Shown piece by piece: positions 29,407 through 39,523 of a DNA stretch of 64,000 nt. The stretch is from a virus. A program made the position numbers and the translations under genes. The first letter of the stretch is position 1. Each line of letters starts with the position of its first letter. The DNA is taken from the IMG/VR virus record IMGVR_UViG_3300025000_000083, positions 8,211-72,210 of that record; one strand, written 5' to 3'. The notes below the pieces were generated by a model, which saw only the letters and a program-made list of their open reading frames with translations, was not told the DNA's origin and did not search any database.

Positions 29407-30198
29407 CTATTGTTTTTCAAGTCCCTTAATCGCTTCCAAAATACTATTCAGGTCAATGCTGCCTGTCGCATTATTTTTTCCCTTACCCCACATCAGGGAT
29501 GAGTTGAAGTCCTGATTTGTTGAACTGAGGTATTCTGCACCCGAACCAAGTACGTTCTTAACACCTGAGTTGATGTTTTTCATTCCTGAGTCCCTTAACA
29601 TCTGTGCTATCTGTGCAGCCTGCAAGTACGGATCGGCCTTGTTCCATTCCCATACACGGTTTTCTTCTCCTGCTTTTGTTCCAAGTGCACTCATGTAGTC
29701 TCCCTGATAACCGGCTATCTGTTGTGCGGTGTCTCTTGCCATCTCTCCAAACTGATTCTGCTGCCTACCTACAAGTTCACCCATCATGCCATAAGCCTCT
29801 GCACCACTTCCAAGTTCTGATGCTGCTCTTAATCCTGCTGACGTGGCTCCCTTTATCTCATTACGGTACATCTCTCCACCAGGGATGTCATTTGCAAGCG
29901 TCCTTCCATACGAGTAATTAACAAGTTTATCAACACTCGGTGCAATAACGGCTTCGGGACGTGGGTTATTTGCCTCCATCTCCTTTGCCTGCTTTAACTG
30001 CCTCCCCCCGACTATTCCCTGAAATATTGACGGCAGGATGTTAAGCACCTGTGCAACAATCTCACTTGTGCCTCCGGTGGCTACTCCTAATCCGGCTCTT
30101 GCTGCATTGCCTGCCAATGATGCGGCATATTTCTGACCTCTCTCATACTGCCCTTGATTGGCTGCAGCATACTTAGTTGGTGTGGGTGCCCATGTCAT
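29407..30198 (-). CDS. putative ejection/pilot protein
   Basis: Ala/Gly/Gln-rich with hydrophobic N-terminal stretch; follows muzzle gene. Confidence 0.6.
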   Translation of the reverse strand: MTWAPTPTKYAAANQGQYERGQKYAASLAGNAARAGLGVATGGTSEIVAQVLNILPSIFQGIVGGRQLKQAKEMEANNPRPEAVIAPSVDKLVNYSYGRTLANDIPGGEMYRNEIKGATSAGLRAASELGSGAEAYGMMGELVGRQQNQFGEMARDTAQQIAGYQGDYMSALGTKAGEENRVWEWNKADPYLQAAQIAQMLRDSGMKNINSGVKNVLGSGAEYLSSTNQDFNSSLMWGKGKNNATGSIDLNSILEAIKGLEKQ

Positions 30199-30202
30199 AT
30201 CT

Positions 30203-32848
30203 TTAAATATTACGTTCTGATGGTGTTGAAAATACTGTTATCGAATCAATCCTGACCTTCTCATCATGTTCTGATGTCCTGAGTTTGACAAAGCAGAATC
30301 TCCCTCTCATCTCCCTTCCATTAAGTTTACGGCTAAGTGATGTCAGGAAATTCCCCTTGGAGTTCTCATCCTTCATTATCTTGCCAAAATAAACTCCCTC
30401 TCTGCGTTCAAATACCGGAACATTACTTTCCATAAGTTCTCCGGCTGCTGATGCTTCTGCGGGGATGGACACATACCTTGCAAGTGACTCGAGCAGATGA
30501 TCAGCAATAACTCCAATGGCTGTGAACACCTTGTTTTTAACAGGTTCCATATTAGAAACGACCTCTATCTCTGCATAGGTGGATGTTCCTGACCACGAAA
30601 GATAATCCTGTCCCTCATCCATATTCATAATCCACAGTCTTTGATGATACAAATGTGCGAAAAAATTACCTAAGTGAAGGTAGCTTTCGGTTATTTGATC
30701 TATCTCCGTGACAAACCTCCCTCTCTTTTCACTGAATACGATGCCCTTGATCTCATCTCCCTGACGGAATGTTGCCCATACTTCTTCAAACTCATTGTTT
30801 GCTCCGATGTTCACCACAAGTGCATCTCCACCCCCTGTTGTTCTTATCCATGCCACAAGGTCTTTAAACCATCTTGACATCTTATATTCGGGTCCTGATA
30901 ATGCAAGTTGTCCATTGGGTGCTGATCTTATAAGAGCTCCCTGACTGTTATCCCAATAATACAGATTCCTTCCATTTACCATTATGCTGTCGGGATGCTG
31001 ACACCCATAGTCAGTCTCCATAGGACGTGTCTCTGCAAGGAACTGGTCAGTAAGTACGAACTGCTCTGTACCATCAGGATTAAAGGTCTGTATCCTGTTT
31101 ACATAGATAGATGTCTCCTTATATAGTTGGATGATCTTTAAGGTGAACCCTACCTCTCTCAGTCCTGTTATGTCACCATTCTTCTTAGGCAGGTCAACAA
31201 AATCATCATAGACAAAATGAGCAATGTTATTTGTGCGTGTCCCTGTTATCAGAAATCCTCCGTTTCTTATCCTCTCATGCAATACTGTCTGCCTCTGGCT
31301 CAGATCATCCAAGAACGGGAATCCCTGAGATGTGAGTTTGTTCGCAATAAGCTGATCACTCCACCAATCACTCGGAAAGATGCTCTCTGCCCAAAATGGA
31401 TATATGAGATTCGATGCGTGTTTATAGTTTAACCGGATATATTTGAAACAGTCATGTGCGGTGCTGTTAACCTCCGCTTCTTGCACCAACACCCCGTTTG
31501 CGCCAAATATCTGATCAACATCTCCTTTGTGATATTTCTTCCCATATTCATTTGTTGCAATGTCAAACACCATTCCTGCACCATAAGCAACGGTTTGTCC
31601 TAATCCCTTACGTGGACGATATAGTTCGACTACGATGTTCTCTGCACCTTCAAATGGAGTAGGGTGTTCTACTGCCTGAAAGATAAGCCAATCGCCTCCG
31701 ATGGTATCTCCGTATTGCGTCCCTGTGGATTCTATCTCGTAATCATAAACGTAATCACTACCTATTGCCTCTCCATAACTTGTGGTTTCATCAATAGTCC
31801 CTACAAGCCTTATCCTATCTCCTTCTTCCCATACATAAGTAGGAACCTTCCACCTGTTATTCTTGCCCTGTGTCCATTCAAATGTATCGGTGACATTAAG
31901 AGCATATCGGTTATTCCCTATCCCTGTTATATTATCAGCACGAATCTGTACAAAATAATCCATAGAGATATTCCCGTAATACACAATCTCGTATGTCTCT
32001 GCCCAATCAGGGGGGGTGTGTTTAATCTTGAATAATAAAGAGACTATTTCATTAAGTGCCGGACCTCCTTCTTTAGAGTAGAAAGGAATATAGATGTCGA
32101 GAAGTTTGGTTTTTACTACTGAACATTGCCTTCCACTCCTATCTTTATAAACAATCCCGAATCCGTGGGTTGCGCCACATTTTAAGTCCGTGAACTTTGA
32201 TGTAAATCCGTATGATGATATATATGCAGTCAATGTAAGATAATCAAACATCACTGTCAAATCCTTTATTTCATAAGGATCAAAACAGAATGTCCTCCCT
32301 GTCTCGTCCATGTATATCTGATTATAAGGAGATCCTGCTACAACTGACATCCCAGCCAAAGTCATTGCTGCAGACAGTCCTGCTTTTACATCTGCCAATG
32401 TGTCTCCGGGATTTGCTACATACGAAGCACTTAAATCAGTGCCATCCATGACGTTTACTGCATTCACAAAATAAGTGCCACCTTCTACTATGCTCTCAGG
32501 GATTGTAATTGCCATTACTGCTGTCACAATCTCCCATTCTTTACAGTGACCTGCGGGGTCAACTCCAATAGATGATCCTGTTTGTACCGGAGATGCATCA
32601 AGTATAGTAGATGGTACTACACTCCCTGCGTCTGTGTAGATAATCTCATAGTTAATGTCCGGCTGAATCACATCAGACCCCTCGGTTATCATTCCAAAGA
32701 CAAGAGCATTACCCCCTACCAGTTCCATGTGTCCTGCAAGTGGAGGGACATAGGTAAATGGTTCGGCAATGACCCCTGCATCAATGATCTCCTTCACCCT
32801 ATCATTATAGAATGCAAGATTATAATCCGAGTTGTGTGCTGCTATCAT
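30203..32848 (-). CDS. tail muzzle/stabilisation protein (P22 gp10-like), C-terminal fragment
   Basis: FYND..VPPLA..ME..GN.LVFG...EG; FGIVYKD..GR; YGCQHPDS; YYWD...G; KVF; GREMRG. Confidence 0.8.
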   Translation of the reverse strand: MIAAHNSDYNLAFYNDRVKEIIDAGVIAEPFTYVPPLAGHMELVGGNALVFGMITEGSDVIQPDINYEIIYTDAGSVVPSTILDASPVQTGSSIGVDPAGHCKEWEIVTAVMAITIPESIVEGGTYFVNAVNVMDGTDLSASYVANPGDTLADVKAGLSAAMTLAGMSVVAGSPYNQIYMDETGRTFCFDPYEIKDLTVMFDYLTLTAYISSYGFTSKFTDLKCGATHGFGIVYKDRSGRQCSVVKTKLLDIYIPFYSKEGGPALNEIVSLLFKIKHTPPDWAETYEIVYYGNISMDYFVQIRADNITGIGNNRYALNVTDTFEWTQGKNNRWKVPTYVWEEGDRIRLVGTIDETTSYGEAIGSDYVYDYEIESTGTQYGDTIGGDWLIFQAVEHPTPFEGAENIVVELYRPRKGLGQTVAYGAGMVFDIATNEYGKKYHKGDVDQIFGANGVLVQEAEVNSTAHDCFKYIRLNYKHASNLIYPFWAESIFPSDWWSDQLIANKLTSQGFPFLDDLSQRQTVLHERIRNGGFLITGTRTNNIAHFVYDDFVDLPKKNGDITGLREVGFTLKIIQLYKETSIYVNRIQTFNPDGTEQFVLTDQFLAETRPMETDYGCQHPDSIMVNGRNLYYWDNSQGALIRSAPNGQLALSGPEYKMSRWFKDLVAWIRTTGGGDALVVNIGANNEFEEVWATFRQGDEIKGIVFSEKRGRFVTEIDQITESYLHLGNFFAHLYHQRLWIMNMDEGQDYLSWSGTSTYAEIEVVSNMEPVKNKVFTAIGVIADHLLESLARYVSIPAEASAAGELMESNVPVFERREGVYFGKIMKDENSKGNFLTSLSRKLNGREMRGRFCFVKLRTSEHDEKVRIDSITVFSTPSERNI

Positions 32849-32855
32849 CAGTGTG

Positions 32856-33284
32856 TTAGCTTACATAGATTATGCCAAGAGCGTTCCATGTGATGGTGCT
32901 TGTGCCATTACTCACAATCTGGTCTGTCTCGAGATCAATGATTGCCCTAATTTTTGATGTTGCGGGGTTTCCGGTATCGGCATATACTACCAAATAACGG
33001 TAATTGAGACTTGCTCCCGGCCCTATCACCTGATCTGTTGCGTCAAGAAAATAGTTATTACCATGTGCTGTTGATGCGTTTCCGGCAATAGCCACTCCTC
33101 CTGCTGCATATCCGGTTGTCGCTGCAATCTCATACGTTGCAGTATCAAGGTTAGATACATACTGATGCGTAGCGGCATTTGGAGTAAAGGTATTTTTCAG
33201 CAACATGAGTTTCAGAGATTCATTCTTCCATGCGGTAGTGATCTCATCTTTTACAAATTTTGGAATACAACTAAGACTTGCCAT
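32856..33284 (-). CDS. small tail/fibre-associated structural protein
   Basis: LKLMLL...YE....GYAAGG...WNALGI pattern of phage tail proteins. Confidence 0.6.
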   Translation of the reverse strand: MASLSCIPKFVKDEITTAWKNESLKLMLLKNTFTPNAATHQYVSNLDTATYEIAATTGYAAGGVAIAGNASTAHGNNYFLDATDQVIGPGASLNYRYLVVYADTGNPATSKIRAIIDLETDQIVSNGTSTITWNALGIIYVS

Positions 33285-33296
33285 GATATTTTGAAT

Positions 33297-35744
33297 TTAA
33301 GTTATTTCGACTGTTGATAAATATACTCTTACTGTGTCTCCTGTGTACATCGCTACATCTGCTGCAAAGTACCTGTCAAATGCTCCATTATAAACATCCT
33401 GCGAGGTGGCATTGTGTCCACGTGTCACACCATTGACGGTTATCTTCCACCATAATATGAATGGGTCACTGTTGCCAAAATCATAAGATATTGTGCCCGT
33501 GACCCTGATTACCGTGCCTCCACTTGCCACAACCCCTGCGCCTGAGGTTATCCTCAGATCAGTAGGCTCATCCATGTCAATGCTTACATAACAGGTGACA
33601 TCTGACGGAGGTATGACCACTGCTGCTGACTGCTCTACCCATACTGATATTGTATCTCCGGCATCCGTCATAAAGGTTATCGGTGCTGATGGCTTTGCTC
33701 CTCCGATGTTCTCCTCTGTCGGATATACTTCAAGGGTGTCACCATCATTGAAATACATGCCTTCTGACATAGGGTAGTCACCATTTCTGTTTACAGTGAG
33801 CCAATCCGGTTTTGCACTCATATAAGCATTATACGGTAATGCCTCCATAATCAAATCCTCTTTGTTTGCCACACCAAATTCTGCTGCTGTCCATATAAGA
33901 TGATTTGCGGATGCAGCAACACTTGAATTTACAATGCTTGGCTTAATTGGTGTCAGTCCCAATGGTATCTGTGTATTCGCTGCCTTCTGAATATCTACTG
34001 CTGAGAGATACACATCTACCGTTTCTCCTGCCACCAAGTTCCTGTTTAATGCTATCGGTACTGGGTAATTTATAGTGCCATTGGTCACTGAGAAACTACC
34101 ACCACCATACGGCAATACCCCTATATCTGCCCTCCAATACATCGTAAATGTATCACCAGGATTATAGTCTGAGTTGTCAGTTCTGAATACCAACGTCACA
34201 AGCCTGCTCTGGCTCATTGCCGAAGCGGAGTTATTAGTTATAGTCTGAGGACTTGCATCATCGGGGTCTTTCTGTACTGTACAGACTATTGCTACCGGAG
34301 GGGGAGGGCTTGCTGCTGCCTGAGAAACGAGTATTGATGAACTGTCACCATAAGAGTTTGTCAAAACAATGTATCCCGACCTTGCCACGTATGCGGTGTT
34401 CTCTGTTGCGGGAAATACTGCGATTACTTCACCATTAACCATGGTCATCCCTGCTGACATGTCAAAACCACCACCATTGCGAAGTGTAAGCCATGATGGA
34501 AATGAAGTCAGAAACAAAGATACGGGGGAACAATCTATGATTATCTCCTCCCTGTCATCATATCCCTCCTCTGCTGCTCCAAAAGCTATTGCAGGGATGG
34601 TTGACACATAGGACATAAACACATCTGGGGTGAGGGGGGTTAATCCTAATCCAACCTCCTCGGGCAATGATTCAATTGAGTTTTCTACTGATGGCAACGG
34701 CACGGATAATGCCAATTCAACATACCCTGCCTCAGTAGTTCGGGAAATCTCATTGCCTCTCTCCTGCTCCTCAAACTTATTTATTGTCTCTATAAGGAAC
34801 CATTTTGATGTGTCCTGACTGCTTCTGCCTATAACCTCTATGGCTCGTACTTCTTCTCCTCCTGTGTCGAAAGTTATTTGTAGCTTGTTGTTCAATGACA
34901 CCATCTCATTTGCAAGGCCTGTGGCTGTTTCTTCTTCTGCCTGTGGCACGGGAATAATACTTGCCGGAGAAAAGGTACTCTTTCTCCAATCCATGTACAC
35001 ATACCTGTATGCCACCTGAAATAATGTCTGCCTGAGATTATTTATTTTGCGTGTGTCGTCTGACTCATAGGTGACTACCGGAGGATGTTTTGGTGGTGCT
35101 GCCTCAAAATAGAAGTTCTTCACATCCATAGAGTAATACGCATCCTCAATGAGACATTTCAGATTAAGCCATGCTGTCCCTGCATCTGACTTTGGTTCAT
35201 TGCCTACATTTGCGTTAAGAAGACTCTTGTAATAACCATTGCCATTGCTGACTATCTGATCTATGTCATAACTTTCTATCGCACTCCACTCTAATGTCTG
35301 AGGGTACTGACCATAACCGATGCCAAGCAAAAATGACTTCTTTGCTCTTGCTATGTCCATCTGATAGATTGGATTCAGATTATCCGTCCATACGAGTCTT
35401 CCATGCACCACACGTGGATTATTAAACTTATACTTAGCATTGAAGCCTATGTCATTATACTGGTCATAATAAACTACTGTCTGTACACGGGTGTCGATGT
35501 TTATCTCTATTATCCATGCTGAATATCTCTCTGTGTCAATATAAAAGACATACAAACACCTTGTCTCTGGATCAATGCATTTACCATTCAGCAGGATATT
35601 TGTGATATAAGAAGGGTCAATAGAAGTCGTTGCGCCATCTTCCTTTATGAGCCTCACAGACCTCCAATAAGTCTTCAGTGCTGATGCTTTTGTTGCAACG
35701 GCACTGTCATATGAAAGGGATAATATTTTAGCGTATGAACTCAT
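33297..35744 (-). CDS. muzzle middle fragment with CBM-like motif and two BACON+Ig-like repeats
   Basis: LVWTDNLNP, FQVAYRYVY.D...S.FSP; two repeats containing P.WL.V...V.P..N...V.Q.AA. Confidence 0.7.
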   Translation of the reverse strand: MSSYAKILSLSYDSAVATKASALKTYWRSVRLIKEDGATTSIDPSYITNILLNGKCIDPETRCLYVFYIDTERYSAWIIEINIDTRVQTVVYYDQYNDIGFNAKYKFNNPRVVHGRLVWTDNLNPIYQMDIARAKKSFLLGIGYGQYPQTLEWSAIESYDIDQIVSNGNGYYKSLLNANVGNEPKSDAGTAWLNLKCLIEDAYYSMDVKNFYFEAAPPKHPPVVTYESDDTRKINNLRQTLFQVAYRYVYMDWRKSTFSPASIIPVPQAEEETATGLANEMVSLNNKLQITFDTGGEEVRAIEVIGRSSQDTSKWFLIETINKFEEQERGNEISRTTEAGYVELALSVPLPSVENSIESLPEEVGLGLTPLTPDVFMSYVSTIPAIAFGAAEEGYDDREEIIIDCSPVSLFLTSFPSWLTLRNGGGFDMSAGMTMVNGEVIAVFPATENTAYVARSGYIVLTNSYGDSSSILVSQAAASPPPPVAIVCTVQKDPDDASPQTITNNSASAMSQSRLVTLVFRTDNSDYNPGDTFTMYWRADIGVLPYGGGSFSVTNGTINYPVPIALNRNLVAGETVDVYLSAVDIQKAANTQIPLGLTPIKPSIVNSSVAASANHLIWTAAEFGVANKEDLIMEALPYNAYMSAKPDWLTVNRNGDYPMSEGMYFNDGDTLEVYPTEENIGGAKPSAPITFMTDAGDTISVWVEQSAAVVIPPSDVTCYVSIDMDEPTDLRITSGAGVVASGGTVIRVTGTISYDFGNSDPFILWWKITVNGVTRGHNATSQDVYNGAFDRYFAADVAMYTGDTVRVYLSTVEIT

Positions 35745-35753
35745 TCTTAATTA

Positions 35754-37271
35754 TTAAGGCGTATCCCGCATGCAACGAACCGAACATCCAGCTGACTTAT
35801 TAATATCGCTTCTAAATGCTTGAATATTATTCCATAAAATATAGCGAGACCATGCATTCGCTCCCCCTGCCACAGTAGAACTCCATTTATTACCATAGTT
35901 AGTTTTTTGATAAAACACACCATCATTGCCACGATAACCACCAGGCATATATTTGAGTCCATATTCATCTGTAGCCCCTGTATTTGGTGTTGTCCAATGA
36001 TCTAATCCCATTTCTTTTAGTTTCCCCCCAGCAACAAAATCGCCCCCTGCGAATGCCATTAAAGCAGACCAATCTGCATCACTTGGGACTCTCCATCCCG
36101 TAGGTGCAAGATAGGCTCCTGCAACAACATTGTGATGATCTACTGCGTACCAATTATAAAGTAATCCATAATCAGGTATATTTAAAGGATCATTATTGTA
36201 AGCACAATATCCTTCTGTTATCAATGCTGCCCATGCGGCATTACCAACTACTTCTGTTATTGGAGACCCATCTCGGAATTTAGTTGTCTTTAGATTCTCT
36301 ACCATCCACTGCTGAGCACCAATAGTAACATAAGTATAAACATTACCATCTGCATCAATAATTCCATCTTGGGTTGTTATAGTCGAGGTATTTGAATTTG
36401 GACTTGTACCAACATCATTATATGCACGTACACGGTAATAATATGGTGTCAGAGGTGATAATCCACTGACTGTATCAAATAATACATTGCCTACATCCTT
36501 ATTGTTAAACCCTGCCACAAATGCAGTAAAATTCACATCCGTTGCTACATCGAGATAATATCCCGTCACCCCTTCTACTGCCAACCAGTTTGCTATAAAG
36601 GTCGTAGGTGTCTTCACACTCCCATTTATCGCTACCGGAGCCACGGGTTCACCCTCATCAGCAAGCCACAAAAGACAATTATCTCCAAGTAGGTCAAACA
36701 ATAAATCAAACTTACCTCCGGGCACTGCACGGAATCCTGAAAGATCACTTGCCCCTGTATTCGGGTCTGTCCAATGCTGTTCCCCTGTCTCCTTTAATTT
36801 TCCGCCTGCTATCGCTGCACCACCAAGATATGTTAATAACGTGTCAATATCTGCCTCCGTAGGTACTCTCCACCCATCAGGGCAAAAGCCTGCTGTCATT
36901 ACCTGACCATGCGTATAAAGCCTCCCATAGATGTCTGCATTATCCTCAGTGTCATCATATACCTTACTGCCCGGATACTCACCATCATAGTTCTTCTTCA
37001 TCCACGTTTGAGTGCCTATAACTATCTCATTATAGCCACTATAAACAAATTGTCCACCAATACTCGATCCATAATATGTGATGAGATTATTGGGATTGAT
37101 TAAAATGCAAACTTCAGACTGCAATGATTCAGCATTTCCGCTTTCGTTCTGAGATGCAGAGGATAAAGCACGGATATTTAAAGCCTCGATATATTCTCCG
37201 GGCTGCAAATCGGCAGGCGCATCGTCTTTGTTCAAGCCAATCTTAAATGATTTCTTATCCTTCAATTGCAT
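35754..37271 (-). CDS. muzzle N-terminal fragment fused to Fib_succ_major (partial), FN3 and Fib_succ_major domains
   Basis: GLNKD....LQPGEYIEALNIR; IGTQTWM..N, YGRLY, CPDGWRVPT; YYYRVRAYN..G.S..S; SVRCMRD. Confidence 0.8.
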   Translation of the reverse strand: MQLKDKKSFKIGLNKDDAPADLQPGEYIEALNIRALSSASQNESGNAESLQSEVCILINPNNLITYYGSSIGGQFVYSGYNEIVIGTQTWMKKNYDGEYPGSKVYDDTEDNADIYGRLYTHGQVMTAGFCPDGWRVPTEADIDTLLTYLGGAAIAGGKLKETGEQHWTDPNTGASDLSGFRAVPGGKFDLLFDLLGDNCLLWLADEGEPVAPVAINGSVKTPTTFIANWLAVEGVTGYYLDVATDVNFTAFVAGFNNKDVGNVLFDTVSGLSPLTPYYYRVRAYNDVGTSPNSNTSTITTQDGIIDADGNVYTYVTIGAQQWMVENLKTTKFRDGSPITEVVGNAAWAALITEGYCAYNNDPLNIPDYGLLYNWYAVDHHNVVAGAYLAPTGWRVPSDADWSALMAFAGGDFVAGGKLKEMGLDHWTTPNTGATDEYGLKYMPGGYRGNDGVFYQKTNYGNKWSSTVAGGANAWSRYILWNNIQAFRSDINKSAGCSVRCMRDTP

Positions 37272-38074
37272 AATGATGCTTCTTGTTGCTCTATTTTATT
37301 TTTTAATTTTCTTAATTCCCATGTTTTTAATGCAGATAAACGACATCTTTCCTTTACCTCGGAGGATCTCGGCTTCCGCATTTTCTGTTTACTCTCCTCT
37401 GTATGTTTAAATCCTTTATGCGACTGACTCATCTTCTCTCGCAGTTCTTCCGGCATCTTTTTACCCTTCCATGGACCAGGTCTCCCTTTGCTTGCTATTG
37501 ACATCTTCGCTAAAGTCTCTTTTGAAAAGCGTCCATGAGTCCCTTTATACTTATTTGGTCTGCCTGTACTTGCAATGCGAGTTCTCTCTCGATGCATATC
37601 AGACATTTTTCTCCCTAAGTTATTTTTATTCCCCTTATGAGCCCTCGACATCTTCTCTCTTGTTTCTTTTGAATATATCCTGTTTTTAGCAAATTCCCTC
37701 ATCTTTTGTCTTGTTTTTTCCGATGGGTTACTATTTGCTTTTCCAATCTTCTTTCTTGTTTCTCCTGATAATTTACGTCCTAAAGAACTTCCTGCTATCT
37801 TACAGATATTAAAATATGGTTTCAATTTACTTATATAAAACTGTTCTCTGTTTATCATCCAATCAGAAAAACAAGGTTCAATAATTGAGAATTGTAAATC
37901 GTCAATCCCGTATTTATTAACATGATATTGAAGTTTTTTAGAATGATGTTTATTGTCGATTAAATGTTTAAAGTGTTCTCTCCACCGATGAGTTATATCT
38001 AAAGAACTTCCAATATAAATCCTTTCGGGTTTAATCTTAGACTGAATCTTATATATGCCAGATTGGTTTTTCAT
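37262..38074 (-). CDS. GIY-YIG endonuclease with NUMOD3 repeats
   Basis: GIYKIQSKIKPERIYIGSS. Confidence 0.85.
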   Translation of the reverse strand: MKNQSGIYKIQSKIKPERIYIGSSLDITHRWREHFKHLIDNKHHSKKLQYHVNKYGIDDLQFSIIEPCFSDWMINREQFYISKLKPYFNICKIAGSSLGRKLSGETRKKIGKANSNPSEKTRQKMREFAKNRIYSKETREKMSRAHKGNKNNLGRKMSDMHRERTRIASTGRPNKYKGTHGRFSKETLAKMSIASKGRPGPWKGKKMPEELREKMSQSHKGFKHTEESKQKMRKPRSSEVKERCRLSALKTWELRKLKNKIEQQEASLCN

Positions 38075-38856
38075 CTGCGGGGGGCTTGATAGGTAGTACT
38101 ATAAACCATCCTGAGATATTCGTCTTTTGTGAATGCGTTCTCATGTGACCTCAATGCTTCAATCGCTTCTTCATGTTCTGTTTTAAGCCTTTCCTTTGCG
38201 TTGTAAGCTATCCTTTGGTCATTTTCGTCCTTCTGCCAGAGAACATAAGTTCTGAGTGCAGGAACGCATATACGTGGTATCAGAGATGAACCATCGGGTT
38301 TTAATCCGGTACTGACATATTCCAAAACAATTTCTGACCTTGGGGTGCTGCCTGAGAACACAAACTGCCTGTTCTCTCTGTCCTCACGAAAATATGCATC
38401 ATCAATGGCTCCGGGTAGTCCATATAAACCTCCAACAAAAACACCATTTTTCCAGTGATCTTGGAAGTAGATTATATTTGCTACATCAGCAGCTCCAATG
38501 GCTGCACCGTAATAATTGCCTATTTCCTCTCCTGTATCATCGAATACCCTTGGGAGTAATATGCTATCTTTCTTTGTGATGACCACCAATTTGCCCTCAC
38601 TCGGGTAGCCAATTTTGATGTAATCTATGTAGTCTGCCGGAAATGCAACTGTTTTGGCTGCACTCATGTGAAGATAAACTACTTCTGAACCCGAGTCCAG
38701 ATGATACATAGAAAGTTCTTCCGAGAATCCCTCAATGGCAATCTGCATATATCTGAGGTACGATTTTAAACTATAGTCCTGCAGTCTGTTAAGCATCGAC
38801 ATGACCACATATCTCAGTGTCACAAGTCCGGCGGTCTTTGGTATGGCAGTTGACAT
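38071..38856 (-). CDS. tail ring/adaptor protein (crAss-like)
   Basis: P.DYIDY.KI, IVLEYVS.G; directly upstream of muzzle. Confidence 0.7.
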   Translation of the reverse strand: MSTAIPKTAGLVTLRYVVMSMLNRLQDYSLKSYLRYMQIAIEGFSEELSMYHLDSGSEVVYLHMSAAKTVAFPADYIDYIKIGYPSEGKLVVITKKDSILLPRVFDDTGEEIGNYYGAAIGAADVANIIYFQDHWKNGVFVGGLYGLPGAIDDAYFREDRENRQFVFSGSTPRSEIVLEYVSTGLKPDGSSLIPRICVPALRTYVLWQKDENDQRIAYNAKERLKTEHEEAIEALRSHENAFTKDEYLRMVYSTTYQAPRR

Positions 38857-38859
38857 TGC

Positions 38860-39522
38860 TTATTGGTTTTTAGTTATGACCATATCATTCGACACGTCAG
38901 CAGTAGGTTTGCCTCGCATCACTTCAATAACCATCTTCATCAGATCATCCTCCCCATTCTCGGGCAGGGCAAGGTCATCAAAATCGTCAATCTGATCCAG
39001 ATTTTGGACTAATAAGGCATCGACACTTGTTATTAATGTAGCAGGAGCCACAGGTAGTTTATCGAGCCTAAGTAGGTGACTTGCTTCTCCTGCGCCTGTG
39101 CTCAGATAGTTTTGTTCAAGCGAGTAGGTGGGTGTCGAATCCATGGTATTCACTTCAAGTTCTGCAAACACTACTGCTGCCGTTGCCTCCATTGGCGCAA
39201 ACACATTTGATGGATCATCGGTGTCTGAAATTTGTCTTATCCCTGCATTTTCCGGCAACTGAACAGGAGCAAATGGCAATAATACATGAGCCTTTGTGCC
39301 TACCTGACTTGCTACTGCACATGGATACATCTTACTCCATGCGTCAATCTGACTGAACTCATTGTACTTCTTTCCGTTTCTCCATGCATTGATGATGATC
39401 TTATTGAATGCAGATGACATCCATACCTTAATCTCTTCTGGGTGGTACTGTCCTTTCAAATCACCCGCATTATCAGATGCAAGCCACGATTGAATATTGT
39501 CAACCAAGTTTATTTTCTTCAT
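38860..39522 (-). CDS. putative tail ring protein
   Basis: Size and position among ring genes. Confidence 0.55.
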   Translation of the reverse strand: MKKINLVDNIQSWLASDNAGDLKGQYHPEEIKVWMSSAFNKIIINAWRNGKKYNEFSQIDAWSKMYPCAVASQVGTKAHVLLPFAPVQLPENAGIRQISDTDDPSNVFAPMEATAAVVFAELEVNTMDSTPTYSLEQNYLSTGAGEASHLLRLDKLPVAPATLITSVDALLVQNLDQIDDFDDLALPENGEDDLMKMVIEVMRGKPTADVSNDMVITKNQ

Positions 39523-39523
39523 G

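Noticed and set aside
35745-35756. Simple stop-codon readthrough joining ORFs 37271 and 35744
   Set aside because: Same frame, but two consecutive TAA codons make readthrough unlikely
35754-36000. Diversity-generating retroelement targeting the C-terminal Fib_succ_major domain
   Set aside because: The fold is a known DGR target, but no reverse transcriptase or adenine-variant template repeat was seen in this window; one could lie elsewhere
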